A DNA stretch of 64,000 nucleotides from Myxococcota bacterium (GTDB lineage: Bacteria; Myxococcota_A; UBA9160; UBA4427): positions 297 to 64,296 of the forward strand of contig JAPYTP010000008.1 in assembly GCA_029941885.1 (NCBI GenBank), written 5' to 3'. Under the pieces are notes generated by a model. The model was not told the DNA's origin and did no database searches. It worked only from the letters and a program-made list of their open reading frames with translations. Positions 46,993 to 57,361 of the stretch are shown here, one piece after another (position 1 is the stretch's first letter; each line of letters opens with the position of its first letter). The translations under genes and the position numbers were made by a program.

Positions 46993-48198
46993 CTAGCCGA
47001 GGACGCCCTTTCCTCGAAGCGCCGCGACCTCCGCGTCGGTGCGACCGATTTCCCGAAGAATCTCCTCGGTGTGTTCGCCGAGGGCCGGCGCCATCGAGCG
47101 CGGGGCCCAGGGTGTTCCACCAAAGTCGACGGGGGTCGCGGGAAGCAGAGTCGTGCTGGCTCCGTCCGGGACCTCGACGAACCCGCCCGCCGCCATCACC
47201 TGGGGATCCGCGATCACATCGTCGATCGACTGCACCGGCGCCCACCACAAATCTTCTTCCGCGTCGAAGATCTCGCCCCATTCCGCTCGGGTCCGGGTCG
47301 CAAAGATCTCATCCAGCTCGCCGATCAGAGTCTCTGCGTTCTCGGCGCGTGCGCGGGGATCCGCATAACGTGGATCTTCGATCCACTCGGGATGGCCTGC
47401 CGCGCGGGCCAGCGGCGGCCAATGTCGTTCCCCCTCGAGCCCGACGATCCAGAAATACTTGCCCTCGGAATCCATGTAGTTGTTGATGCAAGGATTGCCG
47501 GCGGTCTTGCGGTTTCCGGGCTGAATCGACAGTCCATACCGGAGCGCGACCGCGAGATCGAAGGAGAGTGTATAGAGACCCTCGCGCAGGAGCGATGTCG
47601 AAACGACCTGTCCCTTCCCGGTCTTTTCCCGGTTATAGAGGGCGGCGCACACCCCGCCCGCCGCTGCGAGTCCGGCATTGTGATCGCCCATGCCACCTCG
47701 TTGGTGCGGGGGATGGGAGCCGGGCTGAGTGAGCGAGTGAGCGATCCCCGAGCGCGCCCAGAATGCAGCGATATCGTAGGCGGCGCGATCCGCGTCCTCC
47801 CCTTCCAGACCATATCCGGTCACGATCGTGTAGATCAGCCTGGGAAATTGTGAGCACAGCTCTTCCGCGCTCAAGCCGAGTCGGGCGAGCGCCGCGGGTC
47901 GGATGTTCGAGACGAAGACATCCGCGTCGCGGATCAGCTCGAGTGCGATCTCCAGACCTTCGGGCTTGCGAAGGTCGGCGACGATGCTTCTCTTGCTTCG
48001 GTTGTCGTTCTCGAAGACCGGGTTGATCGGAAGGTCGCCGCCGAGCATGTGTTGGAACATCCGCGCGGGATCCCCGATGCCGGGGGGCTCGATCTTGATG
48101 ACCTCCGCGCCCCAATCCGAGAGCACGCCTCCGGCGGCCGGTCCCGCCACCCAGACACCCATCTCAACGACCTTGATTCCCTCGAGCGGTCCGCCCAT
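46993..48198 (-). CDS. family III CoA-transferase (CaiB/BaiF)
   Basis: VAGP..GAEVIKIEP, NRSKRS, GMGDH (catalytic Asp), APALGEHT. Confidence 0.94.
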   Translation of the reverse strand: MGGPLEGIKVVEMGVWVAGPAAGGVLSDWGAEVIKIEPPGIGDPARMFQHMLGGDLPINPVFENDNRSKRSIVADLRKPEGLEIALELIRDADVFVSNIRPAALARLGLSAEELCSQFPRLIYTIVTGYGLEGEDADRAAYDIAAFWARSGIAHSLTQPGSHPPHQRGGMGDHNAGLAAAGGVCAALYNREKTGKGQVVSTSLLREGLYTLSFDLAVALRYGLSIQPGNRKTAGNPCINNYMDSEGKYFWIVGLEGERHWPPLARAAGHPEWIEDPRYADPRARAENAETLIGELDEIFATRTRAEWGEIFDAEEDLWWAPVQSIDDVIADPQVMAAGGFVEVPDGASTTLLPATPVDFGGTPWAPRSMAPALGEHTEEILREIGRTDAEVAALRGKGVLG

Positions 48199-48264
48199 GC
48201 GATCTCCCCGGCACGCGAACGCGCCCTCCCGTCATTGCCCCCGATCGGAACCCACGCGATCGGT

Positions 48265-49338
48265 TTAGACATGCTGCCCGAGTCGAACCTCGTCAACCAG
48301 TCCCCAATCGAGCGCGGTCCGTGCATCGATGCGAGCCCCGGACAATCCGAGCCAGGCGGTCCTCTGTCGACCGATCCGACGAGGCAGGCTCGCGGTCCCC
48401 CCCGCGCCGGGCACGAGTCCAAGCCCGACTTCCGGCAATTGAAAGAAGGCGTCCTCGCTGGCAATGACATGCTTCGTAAAAGCCGGCAACTCGGCACCCG
48501 CCCCGATACACGCGCCATGCACCTCGACTCGCGCGCGATCTCCCAGTCGTGAGAGCAGCAGGGCCGGACTCCGCGTGGTCCGGATCACGTGCGCTTCCGC
48601 GGGATCGGGAAAGCTCCCGAACTCATCGAGGTCACCCCCACTGCAGAAGGAATCGCCCTCCCCGGAGAGCACGACCTCCTCGATCGAGGGATCCGCCAGC
48701 GCCAATTGCAACGCCTCGGACACCCCGTCCCGCATTGCACGCGAAAAAGCATTGTGCTTTTCGGGACGGGTGAGGCGGATATCCAGGCGATTCCGATCAC
48801 GCTCCATGCGACAGGGGGCGATGTCCTCGGTTCGTCTTCGTTTCCTGCGCGGCCTCCGCCGCCGCGACTCGAGCCAGCGCCGGAATTCGGCCCCCGACTG
48901 TAGCGTCGAGTAGACGAAGGATTCGGCGATCAGCCCCGCGTAGATCGATTGATCCGAAGCACTGCGCAAGAGCTGGACGAATGCGAGCGCCGACACCGGC
49001 GTTTCGGAGAAGCCTGCGAGGAGCGGAGCGACCTCATCGGTGGATGCCACGACGACGTCGAACAACTCGCGAAGGGCGAGCACGTCCGGATCCGCCGAGC
49101 CGGATTCGACCGCGATCGTGACGGCGGGCAGGATCGGCAGCTGTTCGAAGAGAGCTGGCCCGAAACGAGCAATCTGCTCCGGCCGCGCGGTCGTTAGATC
49201 CAGAATGATGGCCCCGGGCCCTCGGGCGCCCTCACCCTCTTGCGGACCGAGGGGCGCGAGCCGTTCTCCCGCGTCCGGCGCGATCAAGAAGCGCCCGAGC
49301 TCTTCGATCGTCCAATGGGGCGCGTCGTTCGGGGTCAA
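48265..49338 (-). CDS. enoyl-CoA hydratase/isomerase family, N-terminally extended
   Basis: RPEKHNA, FCSGGDL, GAGAEL, PEVGLGLVPGAGGT; probable TTG start overlapping the ligase stop. Confidence 0.88.
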   Translation of the reverse strand: MTPNDAPHWTIEELGRFLIAPDAGERLAPLGPQEGEGARGPGAIILDLTTARPEQIARFGPALFEQLPILPAVTIAVESGSADPDVLALRELFDVVVASTDEVAPLLAGFSETPVSALAFVQLLRSASDQSIYAGLIAESFVYSTLQSGAEFRRWLESRRRRPRRKRRRTEDIAPCRMERDRNRLDIRLTRPEKHNAFSRAMRDGVSEALQLALADPSIEEVVLSGEGDSFCSGGDLDEFGSFPDPAEAHVIRTTRSPALLLSRLGDRARVEVHGACIGAGAELPAFTKHVIASEDAFFQLPEVGLGLVPGAGGTASLPRRIGRQRTAWLGLSGARIDARTALDWGLVDEVRLGQHV

Positions 49339-50867
49339 TCGGAATCCCGAAGCGCCTCGCGAACCTTTCGCCGCAGTAGCTTTCCGGTCTCGGTGTACGG
49401 GAGTTCTTCCCAAAATTCGATGCGCTCGGGGGTGCGAGAAGATCGCAGGCGATCCTTCACCCATTGCTGAAGCTCAGTGGCCGAAGCTGCACTGCCCTTT
49501 CGCGCGACCACGACCGCGGCCACGGATTCGCCCCACTGCTCGTCCGGCACTCCGATCACGCAGGCGTCGATCAGTCCCTCGTGGGTCAGCAGCACGTCCT
49601 CGATTTCACCCGGCGACATATTCTCGCCGCCGCGAACGATCACGTCGTCCATTCGGCCTTCGAGGAAGAGGAACCCCCCGTCGTCGAGATAGCCACCGTC
49701 TCGCGTGTCGAACCAACCCTCCGCGTCGAGCAGACTACCCTTGCCACGGTACTCGCCGGAGACCTGCTCACCCCGAACGAAGATCAGGCCCCGTTCCCCG
49801 GCGGCCACTTCCTCCTCCGTATCGACATCCCGGATACTGACCTCGATCGTCGGGAGCGGCAGGCCCACCGAAACGATGCGCTTGCGAACGGCTTCGTCGG
49901 AGCTGCCCATCGCGTCGCGATGATCCTCGGGCCCGAGCAGAGAGATCGTGGAGCTGGTCTCCGTCAGGCCGTAGGCGTTGGTGAAATTCGTCTCGGGGAA
50001 GAGCTTCATCGCCTTCTCGATCACGGATTGCGGCATCTTTCCGCCACCGTAGGCGAGCGCGCGCAGATTCGGCAGCCCCACCTCGGACTGCCCTTCGAGC
50101 TCATCGACGATCCGCGCCAACATCGTGGGCACCACCATCGCGTGGGTCACGTCTTGTTCGCGGGCAGTTTCGATCCAGGACTCCGCCGTAAAATTGGGCA
50201 TCTGTACCACGCGACGACCCGAGTAGACGGCGCTCACGATGCCCGCCATTCCCGCGATGTGGTAGGGCGGCACACAACTGAGGGACGCATCGTTCTCGTC
50301 CGCACCCATGAATTCGACCGAGCCCAGGACGTACGAGACGAGATGTTTCTGGCGCAGCACGGCGGCTTTCGGCGCACCGGTGGTGCCACTCGTGAAGAGC
50401 AGGATCGCCGTATCCTCGGGCTCCATCGACCACGGTTCTTCGCGCGGGGTCGCTTCCTTCGCCCGCGCGTGTGACAGCAACCCGTCGGTCGTCGAAATCG
50501 CCACGAAGTCGTCGCCTTCCGGAGACTCGAAGCGGTCCCCGAGACGATCCGCGCGATCTGAATCCGTCACGAGCCGTCCCGGATGTAGCTGATTGATCAG
50601 CGAATCGAGTTCGAGGTCCGTCAGCCGGTAGTTCAGCGGGGCGAAGGGAATCCCCGCCCACGACGCACCGAAGACCGCGATCGGAAGGGCGAGGCTCGTG
50701 ACGTCGAGCATCGCCAGATGCTTCGTGCGCCCATCGTCGAGGGAGGCCGCAAGGGCCCCTGCCGAATCGAAGAGCTGCTGATAGCTCAGCTGGTCGTCGC
50801 CGTTCTGAAACGCGACGCGGTCCCCATAGGCGCTTGCCGCCATCTCCAGAAGCATCATCAAGTTCAT
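49335..50867 (-). CDS. acyl-CoA synthetase (AMP-binding)
   Basis: FTSGTTGAPK, YGLTET, TRDGG, GRMDD, TGKLLR. Confidence 0.95.
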   Translation of the reverse strand: MNLMMLLEMAASAYGDRVAFQNGDDQLSYQQLFDSAGALAASLDDGRTKHLAMLDVTSLALPIAVFGASWAGIPFAPLNYRLTDLELDSLINQLHPGRLVTDSDRADRLGDRFESPEGDDFVAISTTDGLLSHARAKEATPREEPWSMEPEDTAILLFTSGTTGAPKAAVLRQKHLVSYVLGSVEFMGADENDASLSCVPPYHIAGMAGIVSAVYSGRRVVQMPNFTAESWIETAREQDVTHAMVVPTMLARIVDELEGQSEVGLPNLRALAYGGGKMPQSVIEKAMKLFPETNFTNAYGLTETSSTISLLGPEDHRDAMGSSDEAVRKRIVSVGLPLPTIEVSIRDVDTEEEVAAGERGLIFVRGEQVSGEYRGKGSLLDAEGWFDTRDGGYLDDGGFLFLEGRMDDVIVRGGENMSPGEIEDVLLTHEGLIDACVIGVPDEQWGESVAAVVVARKGSAASATELQQWVKDRLRSSRTPERIEFWEELPYTETGKLLRRKVREALRDSD

Positions 50868-50976
50868 AACGATCTCATCTCAACGTTCCGGCGAGCCCCA
50901 ATAGCGAACCTGGCGGAAGCATCCCCCCCTTCCAAACACGGGCGTCAGGGGGTTCGCGAGGCTCCCCCCGAAAAAA

Positions 50977-51285
50977 TCAGTCGGACGACGGAAGAGGCTT
51001 GGCGCCCTTGATCTCGAGGGCCGTACCGCCGACCGCGAGGCCACCCTCGCCGGGCTTCGTGCACAGGATCTCAATGTCACCGGCTTCGCTGGTGTACCGC
51101 TTGCCCATCTGCGTCCCGGCTTTCTGGTCGGGATCGATCTCGGCGTCCGGCGCCTCCGCGGTCAATTCGACGACCGCTGCTCCGCCGCAAGTCAAATTCA
51201 CATCTCCTGCCGGTGCAACGACGATCATCAGCTCCGAACTGCACACCGCACTCTTCAAACGGGTACCTGCCTTGAATACGGCCAT
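50977..51285 (-). CDS. small conserved-looking hypothetical protein with internal two-fold repeat
   Basis: GAGGAG RBS; GTRLKSAVC..LTCGG and GKRYT..ILCTKPG half-repeats; KPLPSSD end. Confidence 0.8.
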   Translation of the reverse strand: MAVFKAGTRLKSAVCSSELMIVVAPAGDVNLTCGGAAVVELTAEAPDAEIDPDQKAGTQMGKRYTSEAGDIEILCTKPGEGGLAVGGTALEIKGAKPLPSSD

Positions 51286-51451
51286 TCCAAACTCCTCTGG
51301 GTCTTCAGTCGATCATCACCGATCGAGACTTCCCTCGGCATCGCGGCGCGGCGCGAGCGCCTGGTTCCGCTCGACGCCCCACTCTATAAAGGGTGAGCGA
51401 GCATACGGATTCCAGACCGTGAATGCTAACGTTCAGAACCCTGAGACGGTC

Positions 51452-52933
51452 ATGCCCTATTCCCCCGAACCCCGTGAAATAGTTAGCCAAATCGGCACAT
51501 CTAAATCGGCTGGGAGCGATCGTGGAAGCGACCCGGTCGAGATTTTCGACGCGGGCCGAGCCCACGCGCGAGACCTCCTCCGGGCGTGCAACCTCGAACC
51601 CGACGAGGTGCCGGATCCCACGCCGCCGGTGCAACACGCCGCCACCGAGTGGGCCGCTTCTGGTGCGATGGCGCTGACCGGGCCAGCCAAGGGCCCACCT
51701 CGCTTCGCGTGCGGCCCACTGGCCAGCGCGGCCCGCGGCGCCGCGCTCGTCCTACAGGTCCTCGCGGATGACCGCCGACTCGAAGCCCTCGATGCGGCTT
51801 CCCTGCTCGGCGAGCGTGCGGCCCTGGCGGGCCTCACGCGCCGGGGCGATCTCTCGGCCGGTGGAAGCGCGCGGCTGCTCCCGACTCGCGATGGCACCCT
51901 CGCACTCAACCTTCCGCGGAACGACGACTGGCATCTCATCCCCGCGTGGCTCGAGGACGATCTCCCGTGCGGCCGAAGCGGGGACTCCCATGAGGGTGAC
52001 CACGACTCCCACTGGCGAGCGATCGCGAAAAACATCTCGAGTCGCGGCACGGGCGCATTGGTCGAGCGCGGTCGTCTGATGGGTCTCGCAATCGCAACCG
52101 CTCCCGCCGCCGCGGACGTGATGACGCGCGCACCCTTTTTCGAACTCCAACTCGATTCCCAAGCCGCGCCCGAGCGGCGCCCTCGGCGCCGGCGTCTGCT
52201 CGATCTCTCGACGCTCTGGGCGGGCCCCCTCGCGACCTCGCTGCTTTCGATGGCGGGTATCGACGTCCTCAAGATCGAGAGCCCCACGCGTCCGGACGGT
52301 GCGCGGAATGGACCGACCGAATTCTTCGATCTGATGAATGCAGACAAACGAGGCTGCGCCCTCGACCTGCACGATACGCGCGACCGCGGGATCTTCGAAA
52401 GACTCCTCGAATCGGCGGATATCGTCGTTGAGAGTGCCCGCCCCCGCGCCCTTTCCCAACTCGGATACGACGCGGAGGGATGGGTCGCAGAGCGTCCCGG
52501 TCGGATCTGGACATCGATTACCGGCTACGGTCGCAGCAACGAATGGATCGCCTTTGGCGACGATGCCGCGATCGCTGCGGGGCTCGCGTGGTCTCCCGCC
52601 GCCGAGGACACGGACCCGTGCTTCTGTGCGGACGCGATCGCGGATCCACTCACCGGGATCCACGTCGCCGCGATCGTCCTCGCCCATCTCCGACGGAGTC
52701 GCGGCGGATTATTCGACGTCTCTCTCTCGGGGATCGCACACCGCGCCGCGACCGCATCCTCGGGCTGCCTCCTGCTCCCGCTCGAGGGCGACCAGGCGGG
52801 CTGGAGCGTGATCGATCGCGACCGAAGGACTGCTGTCGTGGGCCCACGCGCTCGATCGGCTAGGGGCGCCGCTCCGGGGCTCGCGCCGCCAGACGAGGCC
52901 CTGCTCTCGGCGTGGTTGGACGCGCCGTGCTGA
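51452..52933 (+). CDS. family III CoA-transferase-like protein
   Basis: WAASGAMALTG, DLSTLWAGPL, KIESPTRPDG, SITGYG, AFGDD, ADPLTG. Confidence 0.87.
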   Translation: MPYSPEPREIVSQIGTSKSAGSDRGSDPVEIFDAGRAHARDLLRACNLEPDEVPDPTPPVQHAATEWAASGAMALTGPAKGPPRFACGPLASAARGAALVLQVLADDRRLEALDAASLLGERAALAGLTRRGDLSAGGSARLLPTRDGTLALNLPRNDDWHLIPAWLEDDLPCGRSGDSHEGDHDSHWRAIAKNISSRGTGALVERGRLMGLAIATAPAAADVMTRAPFFELQLDSQAAPERRPRRRRLLDLSTLWAGPLATSLLSMAGIDVLKIESPTRPDGARNGPTEFFDLMNADKRGCALDLHDTRDRGIFERLLESADIVVESARPRALSQLGYDAEGWVAERPGRIWTSITGYGRSNEWIAFGDDAAIAAGLAWSPAAEDTDPCFCADAIADPLTGIHVAAIVLAHLRRSRGGLFDVSLSGIAHRAATASSGCLLLPLEGDQAGWSVIDRDRRTAVVGPRARSARGAAPGLAPPDEALLSAWLDAPC

Positions 52934-54366
52934 TCCGTGGCGCCGACGTCGGCGGACGAATCCGCGACGTGCGTTGTGCCGACGGCCGCGTCCGCGAGGT
53001 CGCGCCCGATCTGTCACCCCGGGCGGACGAGTCGCTCCTCGACGCAGGCGGCGGCGCGCTGCTGCCGGGATTGCACGATCACCACATCCATCTGCACGCC
53101 CTCGCCGCGGCACTGTCCTCCATACGCTGCGGCCCACCCGAAGTCGAGGATCTCGAGGGGCTTCGGAGAGCGCTCGCGGTCGAACCGGATGAGCGGGGCT
53201 GGCTGCGGGGGACGGGATATTTCGAATCCGTTGCGGGCCCCCTCGACCGCAACCTCCTGGACGAACTCCGACACGATCTCCCCGTTCGCATTCAGCACCG
53301 GAGCGGGGCCATGTGGTTCCTGAACTCCCGCGCCCTCGCAGCCCTCGGGATCGCGGACACCGCCGCGGAGGACGTCGCGCGACCCGACGAAGAAGTCGCG
53401 GCGATCGAGCGCGATCCGAAGGGCCGTGCGACGGGGCGACTGTTTCGGGCCGATGCCTGGCTGCGGGATCGCCTTCCGACTTCGGCGGCACCGGACCTTG
53501 CCGCCGTGGGACGACGGCTCGCGGCCTACGGCGTCACGGCGATCACCGATGCGACGCCCACGAACGGATCCGACGAAGCCGGTCGTTTTCGGGCCGCACA
53601 GGCCTCCGGTGCCCTGCCCCAGCGGCTCGCCATGATGGGTCGCCTCGCAGCGACCGGGCCCGTCGACCCCGGCGACCCGATGCTGCGCGTCGGCGCGCAC
53701 AAGATCATGCTCGATGAACCCGCGCTTCCCGATCTCGAGCAACTCGTCGACACCATCCGCGCCGCCCACGCTCGCAAACGACCGGTCGCCATTCACACCG
53801 TCACGCGCGCCGAGATTCACTTCGCCCTCGCCGCCCTCACGGCCGCGCGGGTCCTCCCGGGCGACCGGATCGAACACGCCTCGGTCGCGCCGCCCGAAGC
53901 CGTCGAGATCATTTCGCGGCTCGATCTCGCGATCGTGACCCAGCCCAATTTCCTGGCGGAGCGAGGCGACGCCTATCGGGCGAACGTCGACGAGCGAGAC
54001 CTCCCTCATCTCTATCGTGTGAAGAGTTGGCTCGAAGCGGGCGTTCGTCTCGGCGGGGGAACCGACGCGCCCTTCGGTCATCCGGATCCCTGGCGTGCGA
54101 TGCACGCCGCAGTGGAGCGGCGCACAGCGACTGGGGATCGACTTGGCAGGGAAGAATGCGTGTCGCCCGAAACCGCCCTCGCGCTCTTCCTCCCCGCCTT
54201 CTCGCGCCGGCCTCAGCCCAACGACGAGACCGCGCCCGCGATCGAGATCGGGGACCCGGCGGATCTCTGTCTGCTCGCAGTGCCCTGGAGTCGGGCGCGT
54301 CTGGACCTCTCGAGTGACCACGTGAGCGCCACTCTTCGCGACGGCAGCCTGATCTTCTCAGCCTAG
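52927..54366 (+). CDS. metal-dependent amidohydrolase (amidohydro_3-like)
   Basis: PGLHDHHIH, VAIH, RIEHAS, GTDAP, ADLCLL. Confidence 0.9.
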   Translation: MLIRGADVGGRIRDVRCADGRVREVAPDLSPRADESLLDAGGGALLPGLHDHHIHLHALAAALSSIRCGPPEVEDLEGLRRALAVEPDERGWLRGTGYFESVAGPLDRNLLDELRHDLPVRIQHRSGAMWFLNSRALAALGIADTAAEDVARPDEEVAAIERDPKGRATGRLFRADAWLRDRLPTSAAPDLAAVGRRLAAYGVTAITDATPTNGSDEAGRFRAAQASGALPQRLAMMGRLAATGPVDPGDPMLRVGAHKIMLDEPALPDLEQLVDTIRAAHARKRPVAIHTVTRAEIHFALAALTAARVLPGDRIEHASVAPPEAVEIISRLDLAIVTQPNFLAERGDAYRANVDERDLPHLYRVKSWLEAGVRLGGGTDAPFGHPDPWRAMHAAVERRTATGDRLGREECVSPETALALFLPAFSRRPQPNDETAPAIEIGDPADLCLLAVPWSRARLDLSSDHVSATLRDGSLIFSA

Positions 54367-54530
54367 AGCCGTTCCCACACCCCGCGACCGACCGTGGGTC
54401 TTCGGGCACACCCGAACTTCACACAACTTTACACAGCGGACATCGAACCGAGAGGTGTGGTGCGTCGTGTTCTTTTTGCGCCCCAACTGGTCGCGGTACG
54501 GCCGATGACCCTCCGCCCGGAGGATTGAGA

Positions 54531-55209
54531 ATGACCTCGCAACGAAACGTCACCCCTGACCGACTCGAGCCCGGACCGAGTTCCAGCCGCCGTCTGCTCG
54601 CCCGGCCGCTCGGACTGCTCGCTCCCACCCTCGCAGAACGCCTACCGCGTGCTCGGCAGGACCGAGTACGCTCGGCATCCGGCGCTGCGCCATGATGCCG
54701 ACACGAAGAAATTTGCCGAGACGATCGCCGCGGAGATGGATGCGGCGGAGCAGATCGTCCGCGCCGGCGAGGTCGACTTCCTCTTCCTTCGACTCGAGGC
54801 GCTGGACCTCCTCACCCACGCCCATTTCGGCCCCCTCGACGGACGCGGACAGGACGACGGAAGGGGTCCACTCCTGGCGGCCTATCGCTACATCGATGAG
54901 CGGCTCGCGGCTCTTTCCTCGCTGATGGATGAAGACGACTGGCTCATCTATCTCTCGGACCACGGGATTCGATCGTCCATGCAGCACGAGGAAGACGCGA
55001 TCTCCGTCGTTTACGGCCGAGGCGTGCCTCGGGGCCGCGCAGATGGACGGCCCTCACTGCGAGGCGTTCCCCATAGTCTGGCTGCCATGCTCGACGTCGA
55101 CACGAATTGGCCGGATACGGGAACCGCACCCTGGCTCCGACTCGCCGACTCGGACCCCGCGGAGCAGTCGGTCGATCCCACGGACGAGACCCTCGCCGCA
55201 CGACACTGA
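54531..55209 (+). pseudogene. alkaline-phosphatase-superfamily (phosphodiesterase-like) remnant
   Basis: C-terminal motifs LDLLTH, AYRYIDERL, YLSDHG present; N-terminal catalytic part missing; RBS-led ATG 54531 is out of frame with the 54649-55209 ORF. Confidence 0.65.
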
Positions 55210-55240
55210 CGCGCGCTGCTCGAAGGATCGAGGACGAGGC

Positions 55241-56353
55241 CTAGCGGAATCGCGGAATCACTTCCTCCGCGAGGAGCTCGATGGTCCGAAGCGCTGCCTT
55301 CTGGGGCACGCTGCCCATCTGGATCAGGAACATCACCTCGTCTGCCCCGGCCTCCTGCAGGCGTTCGACGTACCCGATGGCATCGGCCGGCGTGCCGTAG
55401 GCATGATTCGGATTGAAGAGCCCGGTCGCCTCGGTGCCGACCTCGATCTTCTCTTCGTTTAGATAGGCGACGAAGGCTTCGCCCTTCTTCCGGAGGTACT
55501 CCGCGGCGTCCTCGTCTTCCGGCGGCGTGCCGGGCGCGGGTCCACCCTGATAGAAGTGATTGATCGACTCGGTGAAGAAACGTTGGCCGCGGTGGCCCAC
55601 AGCCCGGGCCTCGACACCATCGTCGAGCACGATCGCGGGGCAGAGCGCGGACAACTTGTCGTTCGCGACGGCGCCAACCTGGCTCTCGGGCGTACGGCGC
55701 TCGATCGCCGCACGGTAGACTCGGTTCTTCTGCGCAACGTCCTCCGGGCCACCGAAGCCGAGACACAGAGCGCCGACGCCCCACTCCCCCGCCTGGTTGA
55801 GCGTCGTTTCCCGGGTGCACGCCATCGAGAGCGGAGGATGCGGCTTCTGCATCGGCTTGGGATGGATGCGGCGCTCCGGCACGCGAATGATGTCGCTTTC
55901 GAAGGAATAGAGATCCGCTGCCCAGATCTCCGGAATCATTCGGAAGGAGGTCTCGAGCTGTTTATCGATGTCCGCAATATTCACATCGAAGGCTCCCGCT
56001 TCGGTCTCGGTCCCACCCTTACCGACGCCGAAATCCATCCGCCCATTCGAGAGCACGTCGAGCATCGCCACCCGTTCTGCAACCTTCACCGGATGATTCA
56101 TCTTGAAGGGCAGGCAGACGACGCCGTGGCCGATTCGGATATTCGAGGTCTTGCCGGCGACAAAAGCGAGGAATGTTTCGGGCGCGCTCATATGCGCGTA
56201 TTGCGTGAGGCAATGATGTTCGACGGCCCAGATGCGATCGAAGCCGAGCTTGTCGGCGAGAACCGCCTGCTCGACACTATCGTGCAGGACCTGCTGCTCG
56301 TTCTCGGGCGAGGGGTCCACCATCTGCGCTTCGAAGATCATCGAGAATTCCAT
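55241..56353 (-). CDS. luciferase-like (LLM) flavin-dependent oxidoreductase
   Basis: WAVEHH, SAPE, HPVKVAERVAMLDVLSNGR, PKPMQKPHPP. Confidence 0.94.
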   Translation of the reverse strand: MEFSMIFEAQMVDPSPENEQQVLHDSVEQAVLADKLGFDRIWAVEHHCLTQYAHMSAPETFLAFVAGKTSNIRIGHGVVCLPFKMNHPVKVAERVAMLDVLSNGRMDFGVGKGGTETEAGAFDVNIADIDKQLETSFRMIPEIWAADLYSFESDIIRVPERRIHPKPMQKPHPPLSMACTRETTLNQAGEWGVGALCLGFGGPEDVAQKNRVYRAAIERRTPESQVGAVANDKLSALCPAIVLDDGVEARAVGHRGQRFFTESINHFYQGGPAPGTPPEDEDAAEYLRKKGEAFVAYLNEEKIEVGTEATGLFNPNHAYGTPADAIGYVERLQEAGADEVMFLIQMGSVPQKAALRTIELLAEEVIPRFR

Positions 56354-56567
56354 GGATCGATCCGTCCTTTGGGTGCGAGTCGTGCAGCCGGTCCCTCTGG
56401 CACATCCTCCCGCCGTTCCGAATCGGGGACCGCGCGCGGATCACGAGCTTTACTTCAGTTCGAGATATTGCCTCAGCCGTCTCACCGCGCCACCGCAAGA
56501 AACGCGTTCGCGAAGGATGCGGAGGTCGCGAGCGATTCGGGCCCGTGGCCTTCGCTATGCTCGAACG

Positions 56568-57350
56568 ATGCCTGGTCAGATCCGCGTCGAACGTGACGGC
56601 CCCCTCGCCGAGGTCGTCTTCGATCACCCCGAACGCCGCAATGCCGTCACAACGGCAATGTGGAAGGAGATCCCGGAAATCGCCCGGGAACTCGACGCAG
56701 ACGACGGCGTGCGAGTCGTCGTCCTACGCGGTGAAGGGGACGTCGCTTTCGTCTCCGGTGCCGACATCTCGCAGTTCGAGGAGAGCCGCAGCGGAGACAA
56801 CGCCCGGCAATACGACATGGACAACCTCGACGCGTGGGAGGCGCTCTCCGCGATCGGAAAGCCGGTGATCGCATCCATCCATGGTTTCTGTATCGGGGGC
56901 GGCTGTGCGATCGCCCTCTGCGCCGACCTTCGATACTGCGCCGACGACGCAGTATTTGCGATCCCGGCTGCCCGACTCGGCCTCGGCTATGGACAGATGG
57001 GCCTGGCTACCCTGACCCGGATCGTTGGCGAACCGCGGGCCAAGGAGATCTTCATGACGGCTCGTCGCTTCGACGCCCAGGAAGCCGCCTCGATGGGTCT
57101 GGTCAATCGTGTCCTGCCCAAGAGTGAACTCGATGCCTTCGTGCGCAAGACCGTCGAGGCGATCGCGAACAATGCGCCCCTCACGCTTCGATCTTCGAAG
57201 ACGACCTTCCGCGATCTCGCGCGCCCCGAATCGAAACGCCGCCCGACGGATGTCCAGGAGGCGATCGCGACTTGCTTCGCGAGCGAGGACTACGCCGAGG
57301 GTGTGCGCGCCTTCCTCGAGAAGCGGCGCCCCGAATTCAAGGGGCGCTAG
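56568..57350 (+). CDS. enoyl-CoA hydratase/isomerase
   Basis: AFVSGADISQF, GFCIGGG, IPAARLGLGY, EGVRAFLEKRRP. Confidence 0.93.
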   Translation: MPGQIRVERDGPLAEVVFDHPERRNAVTTAMWKEIPEIARELDADDGVRVVVLRGEGDVAFVSGADISQFEESRSGDNARQYDMDNLDAWEALSAIGKPVIASIHGFCIGGGCAIALCADLRYCADDAVFAIPAARLGLGYGQMGLATLTRIVGEPRAKEIFMTARRFDAQEAASMGLVNRVLPKSELDAFVRKTVEAIANNAPLTLRSSKTTFRDLARPESKRRPTDVQEAIATCFASEDYAEGVRAFLEKRRPEFKGR

Positions 57351-57361
57351 GCCGAGTGATC

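Noticed and set aside
50946-50977. Hairpin after the small protein gene as an intrinsic terminator
   Set aside because: The U-run precedes rather than follows the stem on the coding strand; at most a stabilising hairpin
30519-56567. Long N-terminal extensions given by the ORF track (pheS 30519, CoA-transferases 42237 and 50999, hydratase 56232)
   Set aside because: They overlap other genes or promoters; homology and RBS or -10 signals point to downstream starts
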